Below are positions 26,888-36,278 of a DNA stretch of 64,000 bases, one piece after another. The DNA is taken from NCBI GenBank assembly GCA_965657355.1, contig CBFHOE010000006.1:253510-317509 (forward strand), in the 5' to 3' direction. Each line of letters starts with the position of its first letter. The first letter of the stretch is position 1. The notes beneath the pieces were generated by a model. It was not told where the DNA came from and did no database searches. It saw nothing but the letters and a program-made list of their open reading frames with translations. The DNA is from Limisphaerales bacterium. GTDB lineage: Bacteria; Verrucomicrobiota; Verrucomicrobiia; Limisphaerales; JAJOIW01. Made by a program: the position numbers and the translations under genes.

Positions 26888-29326
26888 GTGACATTTACTG
26901 AGCAAAAAAAATCAATCAATCAGTGGTTTCATTCGCAGTGTTGGCAGGTATTTCCATTTCAAGAAAAAACCTGGAAAGCTTATCTGTCCGGGAAAAGTGG
27001 CCTTATTCATGCTCCCACTGGAATTGGTAAAACCTACGCCGCTTTGGGAGGGCCGGTTATTCAAGCTCTCTCCGAGGCAAAAGAATCCAAAGGATTGCAA
27101 ATCCTCTGGATTACCCCGCTTAGAGCACTCGCCAATGACACTGCGGCAGCCATATCTCGTTTGCTCTCAGGTTTAAACATGAACTGGGATGTTGAGATCC
27201 GCCATGGAGACATTTCTTCCTCTGTACGCCAAAGGCAGAGACGGCGCCTACCTCATGTTCTTGTGACGACTCCTGAATCTTTAACTCTCCTGCTCTCTTA
27301 TAAAGATGCGGAAGATAAATTCAAAGGACTCCGATGTGTCGTTTGTGATGAGTGGCATGAATTGCTCTCCACTAAACGCGGTGTTCAAACGGAATTAGCC
27401 CTAGCTCGCTTACAGTCGATACAACCCAATCTAAGGCGCTGGGGGCTCTCAGCAACGATTGGTAATATCGACGAGGCCTTAACAGTCCTAACGGGGCATT
27501 CAATCACTGACTCTTTAGTTATCGAGGGAAAACATCATAAAGTAATTGAAATCAATACTTTACTTCCCGAGAAAATTGAAAATTTTCCTTGGTCAGGGCA
27601 CTTGGGCACCAAGCTTGTTAAAAGCGTGATCGAACAGATCAAAAATGTTGGATCCACATTGGTATTCACCAATACCCGTGCACAAAGTGAAATATGGTAT
27701 CAAAGTCTTCTAAAAGCTGACCCTGCATTGGACTCAAAAATTGCTATCCATCATGGCTCCTTGAATAGGGAGATACGCAATTCGGTTGAACAAAGATTAC
27801 ATGATGGAGATTTGAAAGCCGTCATTTGTACTTCGAGTTTAGATTTAGGTGTTGATTTTTCTCCCGTCGAGCAAGTGATACAGATAGGCTCTCCCAAGGG
27901 AATAGCACGCCTTATCCAGCGGGCTGGGCGCAGTGGTCACCGACCTGGAGCCACTAGTAAAATTTATGGAGTACCGACGAACGCTCTTGAAATACTTGAA
28001 TTTGCAGCAGCACGTCAAGCTGTGAAACTCGGTGAAATTGAATCGAGAATTCCAATATCAGCTCCGTTGGATGTTTTGCTTCAACATGTCATTACAATGT
28101 CTTTGAATGCTACTCTTTCAGAGCTTCGTTTGAAAAAAGAAATCCAGACGACAGCAGCATACGAAAACTTGAAGGACCAAGATTGGAACTGGGTGATGGG
28201 ATTTGCAAAAGGTCACATAGGCGCTCTAAAGGCCTACCCTGAATACCAAAAAGTCAAAGAAGTTGACAGTGTATTAACAGTTGCATCAAAGAGTATCGAA
28301 AGGATGCACCGTATGAGTATCGGTACTATCACAAGCGATTCAGAAATTACCGTAAAGCTGGTTTCTGGTCCTATCCTGGGACAAATCGAAGAGCGATTCG
28401 TCGGGCGACTAAAACCGGGAAATCATTTCAATTTTGCCGGATCAAGATTAGAGCTTGTTCGTTTCCGTGGAATGGTCGCTCAGGTGAAGCGAGCCAAGAA
28501 TAAACTTGGAAATACGCCAAGTTGGCAAGGTGGGCGAGCTCCGTTATCTTCTGAATTGGCGTCAGCAGTCTCCCGGGAGTTATCTCATCGAAAGACTGGC
28601 AGCGAATCCAAATTTTCCAAAGAATTGGATAGACTGAGTTCACTTCTCCAAATTCAAAGTGATCGGTCACTCATTCCATCACGTGATTTTCTATTGGTCG
28701 AGCAATGTCGTGTAAGGCGTACTTCAAATTTATTTTGTTATCCATTTGCAGGTCGGCTCGTCCATGAAGGTCTCGCGGCCATAGTGGCTTATCGGTTGAG
28801 TAAGAAATTTCCGATTACATTGCGAACGACTGTTAATGATTATGGGTTTTCAATACAATCGGCGCGGAAATTTGAAGTCGATGAAGAGATTTTGAGAGAG
28901 CTTTTTCAGCTTAAAAATCTCACTGAAGACCTCATAGAATGTATGAATACTACAGAATTAGCTCGGAGACAGTTTCGTGAAATTTCAAGAATTGCAGGGC
29001 TTGTTTTTCAAGGCTACCCCGGCCAGCAGAAGGCTGTTAAAAGTGTTCAAATATCCGCAAGTCTTCTTTATGAGGTGTTTGAAAAATACGATAAAGAAAA
29101 TTTACTTCTCCAACAGGCAAAAGCTGAAATATTAGAAAGACAATTAGAGCAAACAAGGCTAATACACACCATGAATCGAATTAACGAATGCTCAATCCGT
29201 GTCATTCTCAAAAAGAAGCTAAGCCCTTTTGCCTTTCCGCTCTGGGCAGAGTCCCTGCATGAGCAGGTGTCGACGGAAAGCTGGTCGGAAAGGGTGGCTC
29301 TCATAGCTGCAGAGATGGAGAGTTGA
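26888..29326 (+). CDS. Ligase-associated DNA damage response DEXH-box (Lhr-like) helicase
   Basis: APTGIGKT, WITPLRALA, DEWHEL, LSATIG, HHGSL, SSLDLGVDF, QRAGRSGH, YPFAGRLVHEG and SPFAFPL. Confidence 0.93.
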   Translation: MTFTEQKKSINQWFHSQCWQVFPFQEKTWKAYLSGKSGLIHAPTGIGKTYAALGGPVIQALSEAKESKGLQILWITPLRALANDTAAAISRLLSGLNMNWDVEIRHGDISSSVRQRQRRRLPHVLVTTPESLTLLLSYKDAEDKFKGLRCVVCDEWHELLSTKRGVQTELALARLQSIQPNLRRWGLSATIGNIDEALTVLTGHSITDSLVIEGKHHKVIEINTLLPEKIENFPWSGHLGTKLVKSVIEQIKNVGSTLVFTNTRAQSEIWYQSLLKADPALDSKIAIHHGSLNREIRNSVEQRLHDGDLKAVICTSSLDLGVDFSPVEQVIQIGSPKGIARLIQRAGRSGHRPGATSKIYGVPTNALEILEFAAARQAVKLGEIESRIPISAPLDVLLQHVITMSLNATLSELRLKKEIQTTAAYENLKDQDWNWVMGFAKGHIGALKAYPEYQKVKEVDSVLTVASKSIERMHRMSIGTITSDSEITVKLVSGPILGQIEERFVGRLKPGNHFNFAGSRLELVRFRGMVAQVKRAKNKLGNTPSWQGGRAPLSSELASAVSRELSHRKTGSESKFSKELDRLSSLLQIQSDRSLIPSRDFLLVEQCRVRRTSNLFCYPFAGRLVHEGLAAIVAYRLSKKFPITLRTTVNDYGFSIQSARKFEVDEEILRELFQLKNLTEDLIECMNTTELARRQFREISRIAGLVFQGYPGQQKAVKSVQISASLLYEVFEKYDKENLLLQQAKAEILERQLEQTRLIHTMNRINECSIRVILKKKLSPFAFPLWAESLHEQVSTESWSERVALIAAEMES

Positions 29327-29331
29327 GTTAG

Positions 29332-29994
29332 ATGAAAACGAACTTTGTTTCAACTCAAGTGGCCGATGAAACTCTCCATTTATTTCCTGAAATGGTTGTT
29401 CATTGGCCATCGCAAAATGTTCTTTTTGTATCGGATATTCATCTTGGGAAAAGCGCAAGCCAAAGGAGTCGATCCCTTTATATACCACGGGGATCAGATG
29501 AGGACGATTTGGTCTTATTGGAGACCCTAGTTAAAAATACAAAGTCGGAAAAACTTATCGTTTTGGGTGATTTATTTCACGACAGTTTTGCTCTATCGGT
29601 TGATACAATGTTGACCTTCAAATCATGGTTGAAATCACTTGGTATCGAGGTAACTCTAATCATAGGAAATCATGACCGAAAAGCCGTAAAAAAAATTGCA
29701 AACTTACCTATCATTATTCAAAACCAAGGGGTTTCTTTGGGGCCCTTTTTTCTGTCGCATGAACCGGAAATAGTTGAAGGCCATTTCACATTATGCGGAC
29801 ACCTTCACCCAGGTGTCCGCTACCGAGACGAAGCTGGTTGTTTTCACAAAGCAAAAGCATTTTGGATAGGCAGCTCACAAATGGTGCTGCCTGCTTTCGG
29901 CTCAACAACAAGTATGACAACTATTTTAGCTCAAAAAGGCGACATGATGTATGTTTGTGGTGATCAGAATCTCTATCAAATGCCTGTGCGTTAA
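29332..29994 (+). CDS. pdeM: Ligase-associated DNA damage response metallophosphoesterase/endonuclease
   Basis: DIHLGK, GDLFH, GNHD, HEP, GHLHP and LPAFG; 5 nt after the Lhr-like helicase. Confidence 0.9.
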   Translation: MKTNFVSTQVADETLHLFPEMVVHWPSQNVLFVSDIHLGKSASQRSRSLYIPRGSDEDDLVLLETLVKNTKSEKLIVLGDLFHDSFALSVDTMLTFKSWLKSLGIEVTLIIGNHDRKAVKKIANLPIIIQNQGVSLGPFFLSHEPEIVEGHFTLCGHLHPGVRYRDEAGCFHKAKAFWIGSSQMVLPAFGSTTSMTTILAQKGDMMYVCGDQNLYQMPVR

Positions 29995-29997
29995 TTT

Positions 29998-31197
29998 TTA
30001 AAGAAATTGAGACACGACTTTCGGGATCTGTCTTTTTAAATTGAAAAACCCTCTCTTGGCGTGCGGAAAAAATGCATCATCCCACGGCCGTCGGAAGATT
30101 GAAATATGGATTGAATATTTCTCGAGATGATTTTGAATTTCAGGCCAAATTTCGGACCAAAAGCCAACAGCTGGTTCAGCTATGTAGACATGTTTTAAAT
30201 TTTTCTTTTGAGCCCACGCCACGACAGCATCAGCGAGGTTTTCCTCATCGAAAAAATCCAATTGGTTTTCCTTGTGGCTAGTATATGACAGAGAATCTTT
30301 GATCAATTTCTTTCGAAAATTAATGACATTCTTATCAATAGCGTGCTTGTGATAAGCATTAGTGGGAAAAATTCCTGCGATTGCGGAAAACTGATCGTGG
30401 TTTTCGAATAGCTCCCAACTTCTAACATCGTCATCTGTGATTAGAAGCCCGGAGGCATTTTCAATGTCCGGTATGGGAAGCGCCTCAAGATCAATAGCTT
30501 TTGGGTGTCCCGAGATGTCTTCTTCGAGAGAATACGGTTTATTGAACGATTCTTCTGACCCGAGGCGGCCCTTAGTAAATTTACGTATGTTCTCAGCACT
30601 GGCATAATAAGCTTTCCCAATGGTTTGCCTTCCAGCAACCCACCTCCAGCTAAGAGTGTTGCTCGCACAATCCCCATCCAGGAGGTATTCAAGAAAAAAT
30701 GCAGCACCGAGAACCCAAGGTAATTTAAAGGTGTGTATCCAAATGCTTGCGAACCACATTCGCGCGTGATTATGCAAATATCCCGTTTCTGTTAATTCGG
30801 TGGCCCAAGTATTGAAACTTTCGAACTTCGTCTTTCCATTAATAGCATTTTGATACATGAGATTACCGACGAAATTTTTTTTCGCGATCTCGAGATCATC
30901 AAGGTAATGGGTCCATATACTTGGTCTTTGTGCCAGCCAACCCTTCCAATAAGTTCGCCAACATATTTCCTGAATAAATTTCTCTGCCTTTGAAAAATCG
31001 TGCTCAGAAAGAGATGCTTTCACCAGGTCTTCCTCGGTGACGCTTCGCACTCTAATCCAAGGAGAAAGACATGAAACCGACTCATGGGCTCCATGGCCAA
31101 AATCATAATTTCGAAATTGAGAATAATGACTCCCCATTTTGGGTAAAAAATTCTTTATTCTATTTTCTGCAACTGATCTGGCCGGTGAAAATTCCAT
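29998..31197 (-). CDS. Short photolyase with N-terminal FAD-binding domain (inverted domain order, NewPHL-like)
   Basis: SCLSPW, KFIQEICWRTYWKGWL, TGYLHNHARMWFASIW and LLDGDCASNTLSWRWVAG in the N-terminal half; alpha/beta domain ending FPHAKRGFF. Confidence 0.85.
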   Translation of the reverse strand: MEFSPARSVAENRIKNFLPKMGSHYSQFRNYDFGHGAHESVSCLSPWIRVRSVTEEDLVKASLSEHDFSKAEKFIQEICWRTYWKGWLAQRPSIWTHYLDDLEIAKKNFVGNLMYQNAINGKTKFESFNTWATELTETGYLHNHARMWFASIWIHTFKLPWVLGAAFFLEYLLDGDCASNTLSWRWVAGRQTIGKAYYASAENIRKFTKGRLGSEESFNKPYSLEEDISGHPKAIDLEALPIPDIENASGLLITDDDVRSWELFENHDQFSAIAGIFPTNAYHKHAIDKNVINFRKKLIKDSLSYTSHKENQLDFFDEENLADAVVAWAQKKNLKHVYIAEPAVGFWSEIWPEIQNHLEKYSIHISIFRRPWDDAFFPHAKRGFFNLKRQIPKVVSQFL

Positions 31198-31782
31198 CTT
31201 ATCTCAAAATGCCAGGTATCATTTATAATTCAAATTCTGCCATCACATTTATCATTTTTGTTTATTTTCAGTGCTTGCCTTTCCCCATTGGGTTAAAACG
31301 TCGCGTTATTGGATGTCCGGTTCAAATATACGCCTGATAAACGTCACATTTTGAAATACTGCTTTTTTTCAGTGATCTCTTCAGATGTAAAGGAATTGTC
31401 AAAATCAATTTTCAGAGTCAAATTATGACATAGTGAAAAATTGAGTCGTGTTGAAGATGTATCAAGGTCCTAAATAAGATAATCAACCAAGTCAGGAAGG
31501 TTTAAGAAATCATATTCATTCCCTATCCATATGTCGGTCGAAGTCATAACCATTAATTGGGTGCATATTTTTTGATTTCCAACCCGTGAAGAAATCTTAA
31601 AGACTTTTTTCAAGAACAACTGCCAATCGTCGGCAATGGGTTTTCATGGAATTTATAGCAAGCCAGGTATCCTCAACTAAGATAAAATGAAAAAAGGCAT
31701 TTTGAGAAGCTAATCTATCTGCTATGACTGAATTGTCTTATACGAGAAGAAAAATATTTTAAAAGAAAGAGAGTTGAGTTCG

Positions 31783-33714
31783 ATGAAATACAGGCCGGAG
31801 ATTGATGGATTGCGTGCAATCGCGATCATTCCGGTATTGTTGTTTCATTACGACGCAAGCCTTTTACCCGGCGGCTTCCTCGGGGTGGATGTTTTTTTCG
31901 TCATTTCAGGCTACCTCATCACATCGATCATTCTAAAAGAATACGATAAGGGAGATTTTAGTTTTGCAAGCTTTTGGCTGCGAAGGGTAAGAAGAATTCT
32001 ACCTGCGCTTATAACGATGGTCGTGGTGACCTTAGTTGTGGGGAGCCAAATTCTTTACGCAGCCGATGTGAATATACTTGCAAACCATGGTCTTGCTTCC
32101 CTCTTATCTTTTGCAAATATCAGTCATTGGATAATGGCTGGTAACTATTGGGGACCTTCAGCAGAGAGTTCTCCCTTTCTGCATGCATGGTCTCTTTCCG
32201 TTGAAGAACAGTTTTATTTATTCTTTCCTTTATTCCTGTTTTTGGTCTTGCGATTTCAAAGAGCTCGTCTGATTTTAATTTTCTCAATTTTAAGCCTTTG
32301 TAGTTTTCTCCTATTTATTTTTGCTTCCAAAATATATTCATCAGCAACCTTTTACCTCTTACCGACGAGAGCTTGGGAGCTTGGGGCTGGATCATTGCTT
32401 GCAATGTTTTCCTTCCAAAAAATAAATTCTTTCAAGATTAGACAAAGTTTATCTTTCATTGGCCTCTCGGTGGTTGTAACTAGCTACTTTCTGATCAGTG
32501 GTAATGAGGGCCTGTCACCTTATATTTTCTTTCCTGTGTTCGGAGCAGCATTAATCATATTTTGCTCAAATGATTCAAATGGCTTAGTCAATAAATTGCT
32601 CTCCAACACAATACTTACACACATAGGTAAAATCTCTTATTCACTTTATCTGTGGCATTGGCCTATCCTCGTTTTACATGAGCAAATCGGCTTTAATGGA
32701 GATTTTTCAATACACCCTCTGATTTTATTCACTCTGATATTTTTTGTTTCTTTTATCTCCTACAAATTTATCGAGGTCCCAACTCGTAGAAATACCAGGT
32801 TAACTCCTTTTATACTTATTTTTTTGTTAAGCGGGGTAGGGCTTTCGCTTTATTTTAAGAATTTTGAGTATTCTGAAGATACGTCCAAATACGGTGAGGT
32901 GCTGTGGCACGGTGAACTATACAATGTTAATCCAAGAAAAGAATGGCCTGAATCCGTAAAGAAAAGGATGAAAGGTATCACTGTAATTCGACAAGAGAAT
33001 GAGGTGCCAAATAATTTTATCAATGGAATTCATAAATTCTATGGTGATGAAAAATCAGAAATCCTCGTATTAGGGAATTCACATGCACTTATGTGGGCAA
33101 AGGTTTTGGACGAAGTGGCTGAAACCCTAAATGTTTCAATTTCATTTTATACTGCAGATGGCACACCAACATTTTTTGATGTTCCTCCTAAAAAAGCAAA
33201 GACGCCTGAGATCTTTTTTTCAATTGATGAAAAATATAAATTCGATGAGGCGAGATATCGAGTTATTGAGGAAAGAAAGCCCAAAGTCGTCGTGATTGCT
33301 GACCCGTGGTATACCCAGAATAGGGAGAAGACTCTGCCTCTTATTCACTTCATCACAAAAATTGGTTGTAAAATTCTCTTTATTGAACAGCCTCCTGTTT
33401 TATTTTTTGGTGATAAAAATGCTCCACAATATTTATCTTATCTTGGGTTGGTGCCGAATAAGTCCAGCCAATCAATCCGGCACATAAACAGCCTCGAATA
33501 CAATCATGGACTCAAACTTGTCGAGCAGCTGACGTCTGATAATAATCTTTGCCGATCTATCTCTGTAGCTGACCTTTTTATCCGGGACGATCAAGTTATA
33601 GTCTTAGAACAAGACAAAGTTCTATACATTGACGATGATCATCTTAGCTACGCTGGAGCTCTTAAAGTTAAAAACCGAATCATTCAATCTTTAAGAGGGT
33701 TACTGAAAAAATGA
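31783..33714 (+). CDS. Acyltransferase-3 plus SGNH fusion (OafA/OatA-like O-acetyltransferase)
   Basis: YRPEIDGLRAIA, GGFLGVDVFFVISGYLIT, HAWSLSVEEQFY and SYSLYLWHWP; C-terminal GNSHA ... DDDHL. Confidence 0.92.
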   Translation: MKYRPEIDGLRAIAIIPVLLFHYDASLLPGGFLGVDVFFVISGYLITSIILKEYDKGDFSFASFWLRRVRRILPALITMVVVTLVVGSQILYAADVNILANHGLASLLSFANISHWIMAGNYWGPSAESSPFLHAWSLSVEEQFYLFFPLFLFLVLRFQRARLILIFSILSLCSFLLFIFASKIYSSATFYLLPTRAWELGAGSLLAMFSFQKINSFKIRQSLSFIGLSVVVTSYFLISGNEGLSPYIFFPVFGAALIIFCSNDSNGLVNKLLSNTILTHIGKISYSLYLWHWPILVLHEQIGFNGDFSIHPLILFTLIFFVSFISYKFIEVPTRRNTRLTPFILIFLLSGVGLSLYFKNFEYSEDTSKYGEVLWHGELYNVNPRKEWPESVKKRMKGITVIRQENEVPNNFINGIHKFYGDEKSEILVLGNSHALMWAKVLDEVAETLNVSISFYTADGTPTFFDVPPKKAKTPEIFFSIDEKYKFDEARYRVIEERKPKVVVIADPWYTQNREKTLPLIHFITKIGCKILFIEQPPVLFFGDKNAPQYLSYLGLVPNKSSQSIRHINSLEYNHGLKLVEQLTSDNNLCRSISVADLFIRDDQVIVLEQDKVLYIDDDHLSYAGALKVKNRIIQSLRGLLKK

Positions 33715-33749
33715 ACGATCAAAAATTAGTATATAGGCAATGAGTTTAA

Positions 33750-34199
33750 ATGAATTATTTACCTCCTATATTTTTGACTATAACAGCAATTACAGGCATT
33801 GTAGGGCTGCTTTCCGTTTTTTGGATTTTTTGCAATAAAGAACATGCGCCATCCATAACTCTGGCACTCGTTTTCATTTTTCCCTCTACTCTATTAACGA
33901 TCTTATTCTATTCACTTGCATTTCACATGCATAGAAGCCTCAATGGCTGGCCGGCTGTTATTGGTAATGAGGGGTTTCCAAAAGCTTTGGACCTACATGC
34001 TCAAATTACTATGAATTACTTTTCCGCAATTCTTCTGATTAATATAATTTTTCTACCAGTTGCTCTATTGATTTGTGGTTCTTTTAGGCAGCTTCGTAAA
34101 TTTATACTCTGCCTAGGATTATTTGCTATGGCCTCATCCGCTTCATATTTAATCATCTCTATCGCCCCGTCTGAGTTTTTGAATTGGTGGTGGGATTGA
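33750..34199 (+). CDS. Hypothetical membrane protein (about 4 TM)
   Basis: 149-aa hydrophobic ORF, co-oriented with the upstream gene, ending WWWD. Confidence 0.6.
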   Translation: MNYLPPIFLTITAITGIVGLLSVFWIFCNKEHAPSITLALVFIFPSTLLTILFYSLAFHMHRSLNGWPAVIGNEGFPKALDLHAQITMNYFSAILLINIIFLPVALLICGSFRQLRKFILCLGLFAMASSASYLIISIAPSEFLNWWWD

Positions 34200-34387
34200 T
34201 CTTGCACTATTCAAATAAGTCCGCGAAGTAATCTCAGTTTCTTTTCAAAATGATACCTGATTTTTTAAGGTGTATTTGGTTGCCTGATTTTTATGGACTC
34301 ATGTCGTGCAGTATCTCATACCCATAGAGACAAAAATTTTTAAAAAAACAGATGTTCAAACCACAATGACATTTCCAATTTAACCGT

Positions 34388-36079
34388 CTAAATCCCATTT
34401 TTCATTTTCTGGAATCGTCCGTCGATTTCGCCTCGAATTATCCTTTCATTCTCATCATTGACTTCTATCTTGTTTATTTTGATTTCCCCAAGGAAGGAAG
34501 CTGACTTTCGGCCCAAAAAGAATCCACCAATTTCTTTAAATTTCCCGGTTATTGAAAACCAATCATCAGGCGGGTTTTCTAAGTATCGACTTGAAAGTGG
34601 AAATGATATGAGAGAGTCCCTAACTGTATTTGGCTTTGAAAATTTCATGTAAAGGGTCGTCCTTCCTTTACCTCTGGCGCGTGCAACATAAAGTCCGGAT
34701 TTTTCAAAATCTAGAGGCTTATCAAAAAGATCCACTTTTAAATTCTGAGCCCCGATGCCAATCCAATCATCATTTTGAGGTTCTTTCTCCAAATAGACCG
34801 CTGAGAAATTGCCCTTAATATGTCCGACTGTTTTGAAGATGATTGGCTGTTTTTCTCTGAGGCGAAATTCAGGCATGCCTTCGGCAATTTCTTCCATAAT
34901 ATTTTCTCGCCTCTCACGAATAAATCGTCTTGTTTTATTCAGAGAATACAAATAATTTCTCTGCCTTTGATGAACATGAGGAGCAAATATTTTTTCCACT
35001 CTCTCAATTTCTTGAGCCAAAAATTCCTCATTCCAGGCTTTGTCTAAAATTTGAATTAATGTCTTTCGATATTTCTCTCGGATAGATGGAATACCGTATA
35101 ACTTTGCGGGTAGCCTTGACGACGTTCTGACGGAATTGCACCTGCGGAAGTTGAAAAATAAGCTGCGATTTGTGAACGCGTAGTCCGCTCCCCATGGAAT
35201 AAAAAGTGCCTTTTCAGAATCATGGTGAATATAGAAAAAGTAGTTATTGGCATTTCCGGAAAACCCATCAGGTAATCCGACAATGCCTTCGGTTGCCCAA
35301 AATTGAATAAAGGCATCAAGATCTAAATTGTGCTCTATAGACTTCAAGAGTTTTTTAGAATCGGATTCGTTCAAAGCGTCTACAATACCAGATATGACCG
35401 CCTTTCCTTTTTTCTTACTCCCAAATTTTCTCTCGAAACTGTCTTCCCATCCGGAGAAAAAATCCACCACAGTTCCCTCGTATAAAACCCCATCGTCTGA
35501 TCCAAAATGATGCTCAACCATTGGTTTCTTCATGGATTCAACGTTGGCATAAATACCTAGGTTTTCACCGTTGACTGTAACGTGGGCGTATGTGCACCGT
35601 GGGGCCGGAGCATCGGCCATCCTAAATATCGTATAAGTTAAATATTGATTAACTAATGACTTGTCCTGTTTACAATTATTGAGCGTTAGGTGAGTTACGT
35701 CCCCAATACTTTGATGTTTATCTTCGTAGTTGAGTTTAATTTTCAATGAAGGACGTTGACTATCTAACGACCCGATGAATCCCTTTTTGCGTATCCCAAC
35801 ATTTTTAAACGTTTTACTATTAATAGTGACCTTGCCTGGGTAGTAGGTGTATGGCTTATTAAACTTTCCCGCCAAGCGCTCATCAGAGAGAGCTTCTTGT
35901 ATATTTCTTCCTTGGCGAGCAAGCTTTCCCCAGTCTTCTTTATCCATTCGAATCTCTACTCTCAATAATTGATTAGTAGAATACAGAGTCGACTCGAGAT
36001 CTTCTCCGTTAACTGCTGGAAGACTGATAATAAGGGAGCATAAAAAAAGAAATGTGCTCCTGCTAAACGTCAAATTCAT
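34388..36079 (-). CDS. CotH kinase family secreted protein
   Basis: VGIRKKG, SLKIK, LTLNN...D, APRC, VNGENLGIYANVE, NNYFFY and IPWGADYAF. Signal peptide from the ATG at 36079. Confidence 0.88.
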   Translation of the reverse strand: MNLTFSRSTFLFLCSLIISLPAVNGEDLESTLYSTNQLLRVEIRMDKEDWGKLARQGRNIQEALSDERLAGKFNKPYTYYPGKVTINSKTFKNVGIRKKGFIGSLDSQRPSLKIKLNYEDKHQSIGDVTHLTLNNCKQDKSLVNQYLTYTIFRMADAPAPRCTYAHVTVNGENLGIYANVESMKKPMVEHHFGSDDGVLYEGTVVDFFSGWEDSFERKFGSKKKGKAVISGIVDALNESDSKKLLKSIEHNLDLDAFIQFWATEGIVGLPDGFSGNANNYFFYIHHDSEKALFIPWGADYAFTNRSLFFNFRRCNSVRTSSRLPAKLYGIPSIREKYRKTLIQILDKAWNEEFLAQEIERVEKIFAPHVHQRQRNYLYSLNKTRRFIRERRENIMEEIAEGMPEFRLREKQPIIFKTVGHIKGNFSAVYLEKEPQNDDWIGIGAQNLKVDLFDKPLDFEKSGLYVARARGKGRTTLYMKFSKPNTVRDSLISFPLSSRYLENPPDDWFSITGKFKEIGGFFLGRKSASFLGEIKINKIEVNDENERIIRGEIDGRFQKMKNGI

Positions 36080-36278
36080 AAATAAAGTGTATCTCCATGA
36101 CTTTATACCTAAAGCCTTTGTGATTTTGCACACGGTGAATGCTGTTTTATCCATAGCAGGTCTCATGCAGCCCACGTCCTCACTGAAGATTACGCAATTT
36201 AATTTAAAATTGATACCTTCGAATCTAAGTTGGATCTCAGGGCCATTTTGGAAATTAGAAGTTGATTGCCTCCCATTT

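Noticed and set aside
25435..34200. Genomic island integrated at tRNA-His
   Set aside because: The genes after the tRNA look accessory, but I found no integrase, no transposase and no duplicated tRNA 3' end by eye.
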